From: Kineococcus radiotolerans SRS30216 = ATCC BAA-149
GTDB taxonomy: Bacteria; Actinomycetota; Actinomycetes; Actinomycetales; Kineococcaceae
DNA: 32,000 nucleotides
Direction: 5' to 3'
Assembly (NCBI RefSeq): GCF_000017305.1
Contig: NC_009664.2
Span: forward strand, 960,001-992,000
Shown piece by piece: positions 1 to 8,525 of this stretch; within the stretch, counting starts at the first letter, position 1, and every line of letters starts with the position of its first letter. Under the pieces are notes generated by a model. That model worked only from the letters and a program-made list of their open reading frames with translations. It searched no databases and was not told where the DNA came from. A program made the position numbers and the translations under genes.

Positions 1-1266
1 GTGCTCGCCGAGTACGGCGAGGCGCAGACCGCCTTCGAGCTGCGCGGCGGCTACGGCGCCGACGTCCGGGTCGAGCGGTCGCTGGCCGGGCTGGGGCTGG
101 CGTCCCTGGACCGTTCCCGGCCGCTGCGGACGCTCTCCGGGGGGCAGCGCTCCCGCCTGCACCTGGCGGCGCTGCTGGCCGCCGCCCCCGAGGTCCTGCT
201 GCTGGACGAGCCCACGAACCACCTCGACGAGGACGCCGCGCACTGGCTGGAGGAGCACCTGCGCACCCGCACCGGCACGACCGTCGTGGTCTCCCACGAC
301 CGGGAGTTCCTCGACGCCGCCGCCCGCGAGCTCGTCGAGGTCGACCCCCGCCACGAGGGCGGCGTCGCCCGCTACCCCGGCCGGTACGCGGACTTCCTGC
401 GCGCCAAGGCCGCCGAGCGGCGCCGCTGGGAGCAGGACCGCGCCGAGTGGGAGAGCGCCGTCGAGCGGCTGAGCACCACGGGGGACGCGGTGGCGCGCAC
501 CGTGTCCCACCACCGGGAGCGCCGCGACGGGGACAAGGTGCAGTACGACTTCAAGGGCGGGCGGGTGCAGGAGTCGATCGCCTCCCGGGTCCGGGCGAAC
601 GCCGAGAAGCTGCGCCGGCTGCGCGAGGACGAGGTCCCCCGGCCCCCGGATCCGCTGCGGTTCACCCCGCCCCCGGGGTCGGGCTCGCGGCACGGGTGGG
701 TGCGGGCCGAGGGCGTCTCGGTGCCGGGCCGGCTGGGACCGGTCGACGTCGAGGTCGCCGGCGGCGACCGGTTGCTCGTCACCGGACCCAACGGCAGCGG
801 GAAGTCCACGCTGCTCGACGTCCTCGCGGGGGTCCTGGAACCCGCCACCGGCGCGGTGCGGCGCCGGGGGCGCGTCGGGCTGCTGCGCCAGGACCCCGAC
901 GACACCGGACCCGACCGCTCGGTGGCGGCCACCTTCGCCACCGGCCGGGCGGGCACCCCCGAGGAACTCGTCCACCGGCTGCTGGGCACCGGGTTGTTCC
1001 ACCCGGAGCAGCTGACGACCGCGGTCCGCAAGCTGTCGACCGGGGGCCGGCGCCGCCTCGACCTGGCGCGGCTGCTGGCCGACCACCACGACGTCCTGCT
1101 GCTGGACGAACCCACCAACCACCTCGCCCCGCAGCTGGTCGAGGAGCTCGAGGCGGCCGTCGACGCCTTCCCCGGGGCCGTCGTCGTCGTCAGCCACGAC
1201 CGCCGGTTCCGGCGCAGGTTCCGCGGGGACGTCCTGGACCTGGGGGACGTCCCCGCCCGGTCCTAG
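1..1266 (+). CDS. ABC-F family ATPase (two ABC domains, no TM segments); 5' end lies outside the window
   Basis: The frame is open from the window edge. It has two signature/Walker B blocks (LSGGQRSRLHLAALLAAAPEVLLLDEPTNHLD and LSTGGRRRLDLARLLADHHDVLLLDEPTNHL) and one Walker A (GPNGSGKST). A charged linker sits between the domains. The first Walker A is missing, so the gene is truncated by the window. Stop is TAG at 1264-1266. Confidence 0.85.
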   Translation: MLAEYGEAQTAFELRGGYGADVRVERSLAGLGLASLDRSRPLRTLSGGQRSRLHLAALLAAAPEVLLLDEPTNHLDEDAAHWLEEHLRTRTGTTVVVSHDREFLDAAARELVEVDPRHEGGVARYPGRYADFLRAKAAERRRWEQDRAEWESAVERLSTTGDAVARTVSHHRERRDGDKVQYDFKGGRVQESIASRVRANAEKLRRLREDEVPRPPDPLRFTPPPGSGSRHGWVRAEGVSVPGRLGPVDVEVAGGDRLLVTGPNGSGKSTLLDVLAGVLEPATGAVRRRGRVGLLRQDPDDTGPDRSVAATFATGRAGTPEELVHRLLGTGLFHPEQLTTAVRKLSTGGRRRLDLARLLADHHDVLLLDEPTNHLAPQLVEELEAAVDAFPGAVVVVSHDRRFRRRFRGDVLDLGDVPARS

Positions 1267-2222
1267 AAGAGGGCGCGGGTCAGCGCCGCACGGGCCTTCA
1301 CGACCCGCGGGTCACCGGTCCCGACGACGGTGAACAGCTCCAGCAGGTGCGTGCGGGCCAGGTCGCGGTCCTCCCCCGCCGTGCGCTGGACGATCCCCAG
1401 CAGCCGCGCGAAGGCGTCCTCGACGTGACCCCCGACGAGGTCGAGGTCGGCGACCACCAGCTGCGCGGCGACGTCGTCGGGCGCCGCGGCGGCCGCGGCC
1501 CGCGCGGTGGCCAGGTCCACGCCGTGCACCCGGCGCAGCACCCCGACCCGGGCCAGGCCCTCGGTCGCGGCGGCGTCGCGCGGGTCGCCGGCCAGCGCCT
1601 TCTGCCACGCCGCGGCGGCGGCGTCGTAGTCGCCCTCGCCCAGGGCGGCCAGGGCCTCCGCGTGCAGCGGCGGGACCGCGGGCTCCTCGTCGGCGACCTC
1701 GCCCGGCGCGCCCTCCACCCGGCCGGTCACCCCGTTGGCCGCGGCGACCTTCAGGACCTCCTCCAGCACCGGGCGGATCTCCTCCGCGGTGGGGTAGGAA
1801 CCGGTGAACAGCGGGATGGGCTGGCCCTTGACGATGGCCGCGACGAGCGGGATGGCCCTGGCCTGCAACGACTGCACGAGGGACTGGGCGAGCTGGGGTT
1901 CGGCCTGGGCGTCCACGCGCCCGAGCAGGAACGTCCCCGCGTACTCGTCGGCGAGGGCCTGCAGGGCCTCGGCGCCCTGGTCGTAGCCCTCGGCCCACAG
2001 GTCCAGGACGACGGGGACCTCGGCGGAGCGCTGCACCACGTCGGCGAAGGTCTCCTCGGTCACGTCCACCACGAACGGGGACCGGGGGGCCGGGGCGCCG
2101 GGGTCGGCCGCGGCGCGCCGGGCGGCCTCCTCGCGACGCGTCGATCGCGCGGCCAGGGCACCGAGGTCCACCGCTCCGCGCAGGTTGAGCTGGGCGCCGG
2201 GAGGAGTCGGCTGCTGAGTCAT
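1263..2222 (-). CDS. Thioredoxin-fold plus TPR-like co-chaperone (YbbN/CnoX-type architecture), Cys-free
   Basis: The ORF spans 1263..2231. The preferred start is ATG at 2222, preceded by GAGAAGGTGG 5 nt upstream. The N-terminal thioredoxin-like block reads VVLDLWAEGYDQG where WCGPC would normally sit. The C-terminal half consists of Ala-rich helical repeats (GDYDAAAAAWQKALAGDP...). There is no cysteine anywhere in the protein. Confidence 0.7.
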   Translation of the reverse strand: MTQQPTPPGAQLNLRGAVDLGALAARSTRREEAARRAAADPGAPAPRSPFVVDVTEETFADVVQRSAEVPVVLDLWAEGYDQGAEALQALADEYAGTFLLGRVDAQAEPQLAQSLVQSLQARAIPLVAAIVKGQPIPLFTGSYPTAEEIRPVLEEVLKVAAANGVTGRVEGAPGEVADEEPAVPPLHAEALAALGEGDYDAAAAAWQKALAGDPRDAAATEGLARVGVLRRVHGVDLATARAAAAAAPDDVAAQLVVADLDLVGGHVEDAFARLLGIVQRTAGEDRDLARTHLLELFTVVGTGDPRVVKARAALTRALF

Positions 2223-2246
2223 GCGGGCCACCTTCTCACGAGCCCG

Positions 2247-3257
2247 TCACCGGACCGTGACCGATGTCGGGCCGCTCTCGGCGGCCAGCACGCTCACCGT
2301 CCCCCCGCCCGGCGGGAGGTTCAGGACGACGACCTCCTGGCGCACGACGGTCGCGCTGAGCGCCTCCGTCCGGCCCGCCAGCGCGGCCAGCGCGGGGTCG
2401 AGGGTCCCGCTGCGCCCACCGGCGGGACCGGCCGAGGTGGAGGACCAGGAGAACGCGGCGACGACGAGGGCGCCGCCGTCGCGGGTGCGCACCCCCAGGA
2501 CCCCGTCGGGCTGGACGCTGCGCTCCTGGGTGAACGTGCCGCCCGCCGCGGCGAGCGCCTCGCTCTCGGTGCGCGTCGCGGTCTCGACGCCGTCGCGGTA
2601 GGCGTCCGGGGCGAACTCCCCGGCGTGCTCGCTCGCGGCGCCGCGGGTGAGGACGTCGGCGTAGTGCTCGGCCGCGGCCCGCGGGCTCAGGGGCAGGTTC
2701 GTCGTCTCGTCGGCGGCGACGGCGGCCACCCCGTCGGCGGGGGCGGCCAGCGTGGGCAGCGAGACCCCGGGCAGCAGGGAGGGGGTCGCCCACACCGCGT
2801 AGGGCTCGCGGGCCGAGGGCGAGCGCAGGACCACGAGCGAGGGGGCCTGGTCGGCGCCGGCGGCGGTGACGGTGGCGAACCAGCGCGGGAACTCCTCCTG
2901 CCGGGGCAGGATCGAGGTGATGGGCTCGAAGTCGTCCGCGCCCCCGGTGACCGCCGGGGTCGCCCCGGCCGCGGCGACGGCGTGCGCGGCGGTCCGCAGG
3001 GCGAGCTCGGGCCCGCTCACCCGGGTCCCGAGGGCCTCCAGGTCCACCGCGGCCGGGTCCGCGCCGGCCTCGAGGACAGCGGTGGCGGCCGCGACGACGC
3101 GGGTGGCCTGCGCGGGTTCCAGGACGAGCGGTTCCCGCCCGGCCGGGGCCGGGGCCGGGGCGTCGACGACGGGCAGCTGGGCGCAACCGGCGAGCAGCCC
3201 CACCGCGAGCAGGGCGGTGGCGGCGCGGGCGGCGCGCTCGCGGGGACGGGGGGTCAC
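2247..3257 (-). CDS. Lipoprotein of unknown function (336 aa)
   Basis: An in-frame GTG at 3257 lies inside the 647-aa track ORF. The N-terminus VTPRPRERAARAATALLAVGLLAGC has a positive n-region, a hydrophobic core and the lipobox LLAGC. There is a 4-bp GTGA start/stop overlap with the upstream gene. I recognise no family. Confidence 0.65.
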   Translation of the reverse strand: MTPRPRERAARAATALLAVGLLAGCAQLPVVDAPAPAPAGREPLVLEPAQATRVVAAATAVLEAGADPAAVDLEALGTRVSGPELALRTAAHAVAAAGATPAVTGGADDFEPITSILPRQEEFPRWFATVTAAGADQAPSLVVLRSPSAREPYAVWATPSLLPGVSLPTLAAPADGVAAVAADETTNLPLSPRAAAEHYADVLTRGAASEHAGEFAPDAYRDGVETATRTESEALAAAGGTFTQERSVQPDGVLGVRTRDGGALVVAAFSWSSTSAGPAGGRSGTLDPALAALAGRTEALSATVVRQEVVVLNLPPGGGTVSVLAAESGPTSVTVR

Positions 3258-3901
3258 GCGCGCCTCCGGGCGGTGCGGCGGGGGGTGAGCAGCAGCCCGA
3301 GCGCCCCCAGGACGACCAGCGCGCCCCCGGCGACGGCCAGCGGGACCCCCGAGGGGTGGCGGGCGGCGCGCCCCTCCGCCACCCAGCTCAGGGTGACCTG
3401 ACCGGGAGCCGGGGAGGTCCCGTCGGTCGCGGCGAGGAGGACGACCCCTCCCGCCTCGGCGCGGTCCCCGTCGGAGGCGGTGGGCCAGGTGAGGGTGGCG
3501 CTGCCCCCGCCGGTGGTGCTGGCCAGCCAGACGTCGGCCGCCCGCGGGTCCGCGGCGGTGCCGGTGCCGGCGGTCGTCGTGACCGCGCGGGGCTCGTCGA
3601 GGTCGCCCTCGACCCCGGTGAGCACGGTGCGCTCGGCGTCGGCGAGCCAGGCCGTGACGTCGTCGGCGCGGGCGACGGCGAGGAAGACCTCCTCGTCCGC
3701 GCCGGCGGAGGCGCTCAGGCGCACGTCGGGCCCGCTGAGGTCGAGCAGGCCCGGGGCGCTGACGACGGCCACCCCGGGGTCCGGCGAGCGCTCGGTGACG
3801 CTGATCCGGTCGGCGGGGGCGAGGACGGTGAGCAGGAGGGCCCCCACGACGGCGCAGACCAGGCCCGCGACGAGGAGGAACCGGGCCAGCAGGCGTCTCA
3901 C
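3254..3901 (-). CDS. Membrane protein of unknown function (215 aa), with a TM helix at each end
   Basis: An in-frame GTG at 3901 lies inside the 418-aa track ORF. The N-terminal anchor is RRLLARFLLVAGLVCAVVGALLLTVL. The middle is a Thr/Gly/Ala/Asp-rich ectodomain. The C-terminal helix VPLAVAGGALVVLGALGLLL is followed by an RRTARRRA tail. The start position is inferred. Confidence 0.55.
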   Translation of the reverse strand: MRRLLARFLLVAGLVCAVVGALLLTVLAPADRISVTERSPDPGVAVVSAPGLLDLSGPDVRLSASAGADEEVFLAVARADDVTAWLADAERTVLTGVEGDLDEPRAVTTTAGTGTAADPRAADVWLASTTGGGSATLTWPTASDGDRAEAGGVVLLAATDGTSPAPGQVTLSWVAEGRAARHPSGVPLAVAGGALVVLGALGLLLTPRRTARRRA

Positions 3902-4192
3902 GTCGCGTCCTTCCGCTCCGGGGGGGGTCGCCCCGGCCGTGCGCGACGACCTCGGGTGGGCGGGTACGGGGCGACACCCTACGGGGTGCTCCGGCGGACC
4001 CTCCCCGGCCCGCCCCCCGCGCCGGGGGCCCCTCCGCGCTGTGGCGCAGACCACTCCGAACGGGTGAACCTCCCCGGCCGCGGTCTCGTGACGGGGGTGC
4101 ACCGCCACCTCGTGCCCGCCCGAAGAGCCGGACCCCGTGGCGCAGCGCCCGCTGCCGCCGCACGACTCCCTCCCGACGCAGAGGAAGCACCC

Positions 4193-4645
4193 GTGACCGA
4201 CACCTCCACGCTGGACCGCACCGACCGCCCCCGGGTCGGGGGCCACACCGCGGCCTCCTCGCTCGGCCTGCTCGCGCTGCGGCTGGCCGCCGGGGCGCTG
4301 CTGCTCGTGCACGGCGTCCCGAAGCTGTCCGACCCCGCCGGGGCGACGGGCTACGCCGCCTCGCTGGGCGTCCCCGTCCCCGACGTCGCCGGCTGGCTGG
4401 TGATCCTCGGCGAGGTCGGCCTGGGCGCGCTGCTGGTCCTCGGCCTGCTCACCCGCGTCGCGGGCGCGCTGCTGGTGGTGCAGATGCTGGGGGTGTGGCT
4501 GCTGGCCCACGCCCCCCAGGGCTTCCTCGTCGAGGGTCAGGTCAACGGGGAGAACGCGCTGCTCTTCGCCGCGCTCGGGCTGCTGCTGGCCCTCACCGGC
4601 GCGGGCCGGTTCAGCCTCGACGCGCTGGTGGCCCGCCGGCGCTGA
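4193..4645 (+). CDS. DoxX family membrane protein (150 aa)
   Basis: GTG at 4193 is preceded by GAGGAAG 5 nt upstream. There are four hydrophobic helices. LRLAAGALLLVHGVPKL and the C-terminal GAGRFSLD are typical DoxX motifs. Confidence 0.75.
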   Translation: MTDTSTLDRTDRPRVGGHTAASSLGLLALRLAAGALLLVHGVPKLSDPAGATGYAASLGVPVPDVAGWLVILGEVGLGALLVLGLLTRVAGALLVVQMLGVWLLAHAPQGFLVEGQVNGENALLFAALGLLLALTGAGRFSLDALVARRR

Positions 4646-4651
4646 CCGGGA

Positions 4652-4669
4652 CCGGCCCCGGGGGGCCGG
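4652..4669. terminator. Short GC hairpin between the convergent DoxX and YkoF-like genes
   Basis: ccggcccc(gg)ggggccgg is an inverted repeat inside the 27-bp convergent spacer. There is no U tract. Confidence 0.2.
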
Positions 4670-4672
4670 GCG

Positions 4673-5014
4673 TCACTGACCCCGCCCGGCCTCCCCCTCG
4701 GCGCGCTCCACGGCCGCCTCGAGGCGGTCCAGCTTCGCCGTCATCTCCCCCGTGCGCCCGGGGCGGATGTCGGCCTTGAGCACCAGCGACACCCGCGGCC
4801 CGTGCCGCCCCACGGCCTCGCAGGCCCGGCGCACCACCTCCATGCACTCGTGCCAGTCCCCCTCGACGGTGGTGAACATCGAGTCGGTGCGGTGCGGCAG
4901 GCCGGAGGAGCGCACGACGAGGACGGCGTCGGCCACGGCGGCGCTCACCGAGTCCGGCTCACCCCCCGCGGGAGCGGGACCACCGGACGGGGCGACGGAG
5001 AAGGCGACGATCAC
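4673..5014 (-). CDS. MTH1187/YkoF-like (UPF0045, thiamine-binding-type) small protein
   Basis: 113 aa with a GTG start. The N-terminus MIVAFSVAP, followed by ...HRTDSMFTTVEGDW..., fits the MTH1187/YkoF fold family pattern. Confidence 0.7.
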   Translation of the reverse strand: MIVAFSVAPSGGPAPAGGEPDSVSAAVADAVLVVRSSGLPHRTDSMFTTVEGDWHECMEVVRRACEAVGRHGPRVSLVLKADIRPGRTGEMTAKLDRLEAAVERAEGEAGRGQ

Positions 5015-5133
5015 GGACCGAACTCAACCACGGCACCGGCTCCGCCGCCCCGGCTCGCCGTGTCCCGTCCCGCGGCGGGGCCGCGCGAGGCTACGCTGCG
5101 GGCGTCCCCACCGCCCAGGCCCGGAGGTCCCCG

Positions 5134-6225
5134 GTGTCCACCGACTCCCACGAGGCGTTCAGCATCGTCGTCCGCGGTTACGACCGCAGCCAGGTCGACG
5201 CACGCCTGCAGCACCTCGACGAATCCCTCGCCGAGGCCCGCGCACGCGTCGCCCAGCGCGACCACGAGCTGCGCTCAGCCGAGGAGAAGCTCGCCGACGC
5301 CCTCAAGGAGATCCGCGAGCACGAGAAGCCCTCCTACGCGGGCCTCGGCGCGCGCATGGAGAAGCTGCTGCGCCTGGCCGAGGACCAGTCCTCGGAGATC
5401 CTGCGCTCGGCCCGCCGCGACGCGGACCGGCTGCGCGAGGAGGCCCGGTCCGAGGCCGCGGCCACCCGCAGCCAGGCCGACGAGGACGCGCGCCGGCGCA
5501 CCGGGGAAGCCGGCCGCGACGCCGAGGAGATCGTCTCGCGCGCCAAGCACCAGGCCGACGGCCTGGTGGAGGCCGCCCAGCGCACCGCGGCGGAGCTGAC
5601 CGCGTCGGCGCACCGCACGGCCGAGCAGCTCACCGCCGCCGCGCAGCACGAGAGCGCCGAGGCGCTCGCCGCCACCGAGCGCCAGGTCGCGGCCCTGCGG
5701 GCCCAGGCCGAGCGCGAGGTCATCGAGCTGCGCTCCTCCACCGACGCGGCCGTGCGCGAGCAGCAGCTCGCCCTGGCCGCCGCGCGCGAGCAGGCCACCG
5801 AGGAGGACCGGATGCGCCTGGAGGTCGCCGCCGCGCGCACCGCCGCCCGCATCGCCGAGGCCGAGCAGCGCGCCACCGAGGCCGAGGAACGCGCCCGCGA
5901 GGCCGTCGCGGCGGCGGAGTCCATCCGCGCCGACGCGATCGCCCAGGCGACGCTGCGCGCCGAGACCGCCCGCCGGGAGGCCGACGAGCTGCTCGCCGAC
6001 GCCCGCTCCCGGGCCCAGCAGATGGTCGACTCCGCCCGCGAGCACGCCGAGCAGAGCCGGATGAGCGCGCAGATGCAGGTCGACGAGCTCATGCAGCAGC
6101 GCGACCAGATCACCGACCAGCTCGACGACCTGCGGGGGCTGCTGGGGCTCGCCCCGAAGCTGCCCCCGCGCGAGGTCGACCTCCGCGACGGGGTCGACGA
6201 GACCCAGGAGCAGCCGGCGGGCTGA
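5134..6225 (+). CDS. DivIVA-domain coiled-coil protein (363 aa)
   Basis: GTG at 5134 with GGAGG 6 nt upstream. The N-terminal DivIVA motif is FSIVVRGYDRSQVDARL. The rest is a long Ala/Glu/Arg-rich heptad-like coiled coil. Confidence 0.8.
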   Translation: MSTDSHEAFSIVVRGYDRSQVDARLQHLDESLAEARARVAQRDHELRSAEEKLADALKEIREHEKPSYAGLGARMEKLLRLAEDQSSEILRSARRDADRLREEARSEAAATRSQADEDARRRTGEAGRDAEEIVSRAKHQADGLVEAAQRTAAELTASAHRTAEQLTAAAQHESAEALAATERQVAALRAQAEREVIELRSSTDAAVREQQLALAAAREQATEEDRMRLEVAAARTAARIAEAEQRATEAEERAREAVAAAESIRADAIAQATLRAETARREADELLADARSRAQQMVDSAREHAEQSRMSAQMQVDELMQQRDQITDQLDDLRGLLGLAPKLPPREVDLRDGVDETQEQPAG

Positions 6226-6231
6226 GCGCCC

Positions 6232-6960
6232 TCAGGGCCAGCGGGTCGGCAGCGGGGCCTTGGCCGGGTTGACCCGGGCGACGACCTCGTCGAGGACGCG
6301 GCGCACCGCGTTCTCGCCGACCCACAAGTGCTTGGCCCCCTCCACCGCGACGACCTCGGCCTGGCGCAGCGGGGCGAAGCGCTCCACGGCCTCCGCGGGG
6401 CGCAGGAAGTCGTCGAACTCCGGGACCAGCGCCGTCACGGGCCGGCCGAACTCCGCCCACGCCTCCAGGTCGGCCGGGGTGGACCACCGCAGCGGCGGGG
6501 ACAGCAGCACCAGTCCCTCGACCAGCGGGTCGCGCCCGTGCACGAGGGCGAGGTCGGTGCCGAAGGACCAGCCCAGCAGCCACACGTGCGGCAGGTCGCG
6601 GAACTCCGCGAACTCCAGGGCGGCGGCGACGTCGAAGCGCTCGCCGTCCCCGGCGTCGAACGCGCCGCCGCTGGTGCCGCGCGGGCTGGACGTGCCGCGG
6701 GTGTTGAAGCGCAGCACGGCGAGGTCGGCCAGGGCGGGCAGCCGGTAGGAGGCCTTCCGCAGCACGTGGCTGTCCATGAAGCCGCCCGCGGTGGGCAGCG
6801 GGTGCAGCGTGACCAGGGTCGCCACGGGGTCCCGGTCGGCGGGCAGGGCGAGCTCCCCGACGAGGGTCAGCCCGTCGGCGGTGTGCAGCTCGACGTCCTC
6901 CCGCCGGGCGGGCAGGACGGTCTCGGCGCGCAGGTCCGGCACGGCGGGGGTCTCAGGCAC
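6232..6960 (-). CDS. Alpha/beta hydrolase (242 aa)
   Basis: The nucleophile elbow is GWSFG (LLGWSFGTD). The HPLPTAGG region is typical of short alpha/beta hydrolases. I chose the GTG at 6960, which overlaps the end of the upstream gene by 8 bp. GTG at 6942 is an alternative. The longer 398-aa track ORF overlaps the aldolase gene and is rejected. Confidence 0.7.
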   Translation of the reverse strand: MPETPAVPDLRAETVLPARREDVELHTADGLTLVGELALPADRDPVATLVTLHPLPTAGGFMDSHVLRKASYRLPALADLAVLRFNTRGTSSPRGTSGGAFDAGDGERFDVAAALEFAEFRDLPHVWLLGWSFGTDLALVHGRDPLVEGLVLLSPPLRWSTPADLEAWAEFGRPVTALVPEFDDFLRPAEAVERFAPLRQAEVVAVEGAKHLWVGENAVRRVLDEVVARVNPAKAPLPTRWP

Positions 6961-8026
6961 GCACGGCCTCCCGGGCGAGCTCCTCCGCGAGCACGGCGGC
7001 CAGGCCGTCGACGTCGTCGTCGGTGGTGTCGAAGCTGGTGACCAGGCGCACCTCGACCCCGGTGGCCGAGTACGCCGTGTCCCACACGTGGAACGGGACC
7101 CGCGCGGCGGCGCGGGCGGCCACGGCGGGCGGGAGCTCGGCGAACACGGCGTTGGCCTGCACCGGCCGGGTGACGCGGACCCCCGCGGCGGTGACCGCCC
7201 CGGCGAGGCGGGCCGCGGCCGCGTTGGCGGCGCTCGCGGTGCGCTGCCAGAGGTCCCCGCCGAAGAGGGCCAGCAGCTGGGCGGAGACGAACCGGGTCTT
7301 CGACGACTGCTGCATGCTCGGCTTGACCAGCCGCGCCAGCCCCGGCGCCACCGACGGGTCGCGCACGACGACGACCTCGGCGAAGCCCCCGCCGTTCTTC
7401 GTCCCGCCCAGGGAGACGGCGTCGACACCCAGGGCGGTGGTCGTCTCCCCCAGCCCCACGCCGAGGGAGACCGCCGCGTTGGACAACCGCGCCCCGTCGA
7501 CGTGCACCTTCACCCCGAGGCCGTGGCAGACCCGGACCAGGTCGCGCAGGTGCTCCAGCGAGTACGCCGTGCCGAGCTCGGAGCTCTGGGTCAGGGTCAG
7601 CACCCCGACGGGCGCGCGCATCGGGTTGTCGGCCGAGCGGACGGCCGGCTCCACGTCACCGGGGTCGACGAGGCCGTCGCGCGTCGGCAGCGCCGTCACC
7701 TTCGTCCCCCCGACGTGCTCCAGGCCCCCGGCCTCGTCGTGCAGCACGTGGGCCTGGTCGGAGCTGAGCACCGACTCCCAGCGGGAGGTGAGGGCCTGCA
7801 GCGCCGTCACGTTGGCCCCGGTGCCGGTGAGGACGACGGCGCTCACGACGTCGGGGCCGAAGTGCCCGCGCAGGCTCTCGCGCAGCGCCGCGGTGTAGGG
7901 GTCCCCGCCGTAGCTGGCGACGTGGCCGCCGTTGGCGCTGCCCAGGGCGGCCAGGACCTCGGGGTGCATGCCGGCGGCGTTGTCGCTGGCGAAACCGCGG
8001 ACGGTGGGGTCGTGCAGAGGGATCAC
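6953..8026 (-). CDS. Threonine aldolase / beta-eliminating lyase family PLP enzyme (357 aa)
   Basis: Motifs are an N-terminal [13 protein letters not shown], and a lysine in SLGGTKNG (PLP-lysine context), with a C-terminal TSFDTT. GTG start at 8026. Confidence 0.8.
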   Translation of the reverse strand: MIPLHDPTVRGFASDNAAGMHPEVLAALGSANGGHVASYGGDPYTAALRESLRGHFGPDVVSAVVLTGTGANVTALQALTSRWESVLSSDQAHVLHDEAGGLEHVGGTKVTALPTRDGLVDPGDVEPAVRSADNPMRAPVGVLTLTQSSELGTAYSLEHLRDLVRVCHGLGVKVHVDGARLSNAAVSLGVGLGETTTALGVDAVSLGGTKNGGGFAEVVVVRDPSVAPGLARLVKPSMQQSSKTRFVSAQLLALFGGDLWQRTASAANAAAARLAGAVTAAGVRVTRPVQANAVFAELPPAVAARAAARVPFHVWDTAYSATGVEVRLVTSFDTTDDDVDGLAAVLAEELAREAVRA

Positions 8027-8069
8027 CCCGGCACGCTACCCGGCGCGCCCGCGGGCCGGGGCGGGCGGC

Positions 8070-8372
8070 TCACCAGCCCCCGCGGCGCCCCCGGGCCCCG
8101 AAGCAGGCGCGGTGCCAGTGCCGGCGCTCGCTGGCGCCCTCGCCGGGGCTGAACGTGCCCCGGGAGGGCCACACGACCAGGTGCGGCAGGCCCGGGGGGA
8201 TGTCCTGGTGGCAGCCTGGGCAGGTGTAGCTCTTGGTGGAGGTCGTCCCGCGCAGCTCGCGGACGACCCACTCGCCGTCGGGGCCGGACACCGTGCGGTC
8301 CACGCCGGCCCCGAGGGGGGCGCGGGGCTCCGGATCGGGGCGGCGGCGGTTGGAGCGGGGCACGGACGCCAT
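8070..8372 (-). CDS. Small conserved-looking Cys/His protein (100 aa), possible zinc ribbon
   Basis: ATG at 8372 lies in frame inside the 265-aa track ORF. It carries [21 protein letters not shown] ... RRHWHRAC, that is CxxC plus HxHxxC. It is divergent from nucS. Confidence 0.6.
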   Translation of the reverse strand: MASVPRSNRRRPDPEPRAPLGAGVDRTVSGPDGEWVVRELRGTTSTKSYTCPGCHQDIPPGLPHLVVWPSRGTFSPGEGASERRHWHRACFGARGRRGGW

Positions 8373-8525
8373 CGTCTCAGGCCCGCCGGGGCGCCGGTCG
8401 CCGGTGCCCGGACCGGGCGCTGCCGCGGTGGTGTCCCCTCCACACCACCGTGGCCGCGCCCGGTTCGACCGGTATGTCGCGCGGCGGCGGTGGTTCGTTA
8501 CACGCCCCCCGTAAGCTGCACCCCC

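Noticed and set aside
3254-3360. Sortase (LPXTG/LAXTG) sorting signal at the C-terminus of the 215-aa membrane protein
   Set aside because: A C-terminal TM helix plus an Arg-rich tail is present, but no LPXTG or LAXTG motif precedes it. The sequence there reads ...AARHPSGVPLAV...
447-3401. 984-aa plus-strand ORF spanning the ABC-F 3' half and three minus-strand genes
   Set aside because: Its translation is Arg/Gly/Pro/Ala low complexity with no motifs. It overlaps motif-supported genes in other frames and on the other strand. Long shadow ORFs are expected at this G+C content because stop codons are rare.
2247-4190. Single 647-aa minus-strand gene as given by the ORF track (and the 418-aa ORF at 3254-4510)
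   Set aside because: The upstream two thirds translate to Arg/Pro/Gly low complexity. A clean lipoprotein signal with an in-frame GTG at 3257, and a TM-anchor start at 3901, give sensible coupled genes. The DoxX gene on the plus strand explains 4193-4645.
5015-5133. TPP riboswitch upstream of the YkoF/MTH1187-like gene
   Set aside because: The B. subtilis ykoF operon is TPP-riboswitch controlled, so I looked for the conserved CUGAGA and ACCUGAUCUGGAUAAUGCCAGCG-like elements on the minus strand. Neither is present, and the spacer is only 119 bp, shared with the DivIVA-domain gene promoter.
6961-7428. N-terminal 156-aa extension of the alpha/beta hydrolase ORF (398-aa version)
   Set aside because: The extension is Pro/Ser/Arg/Trp-rich low complexity. 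It lies entirely inside the well-supported threonine-aldolase-family gene in another frame.
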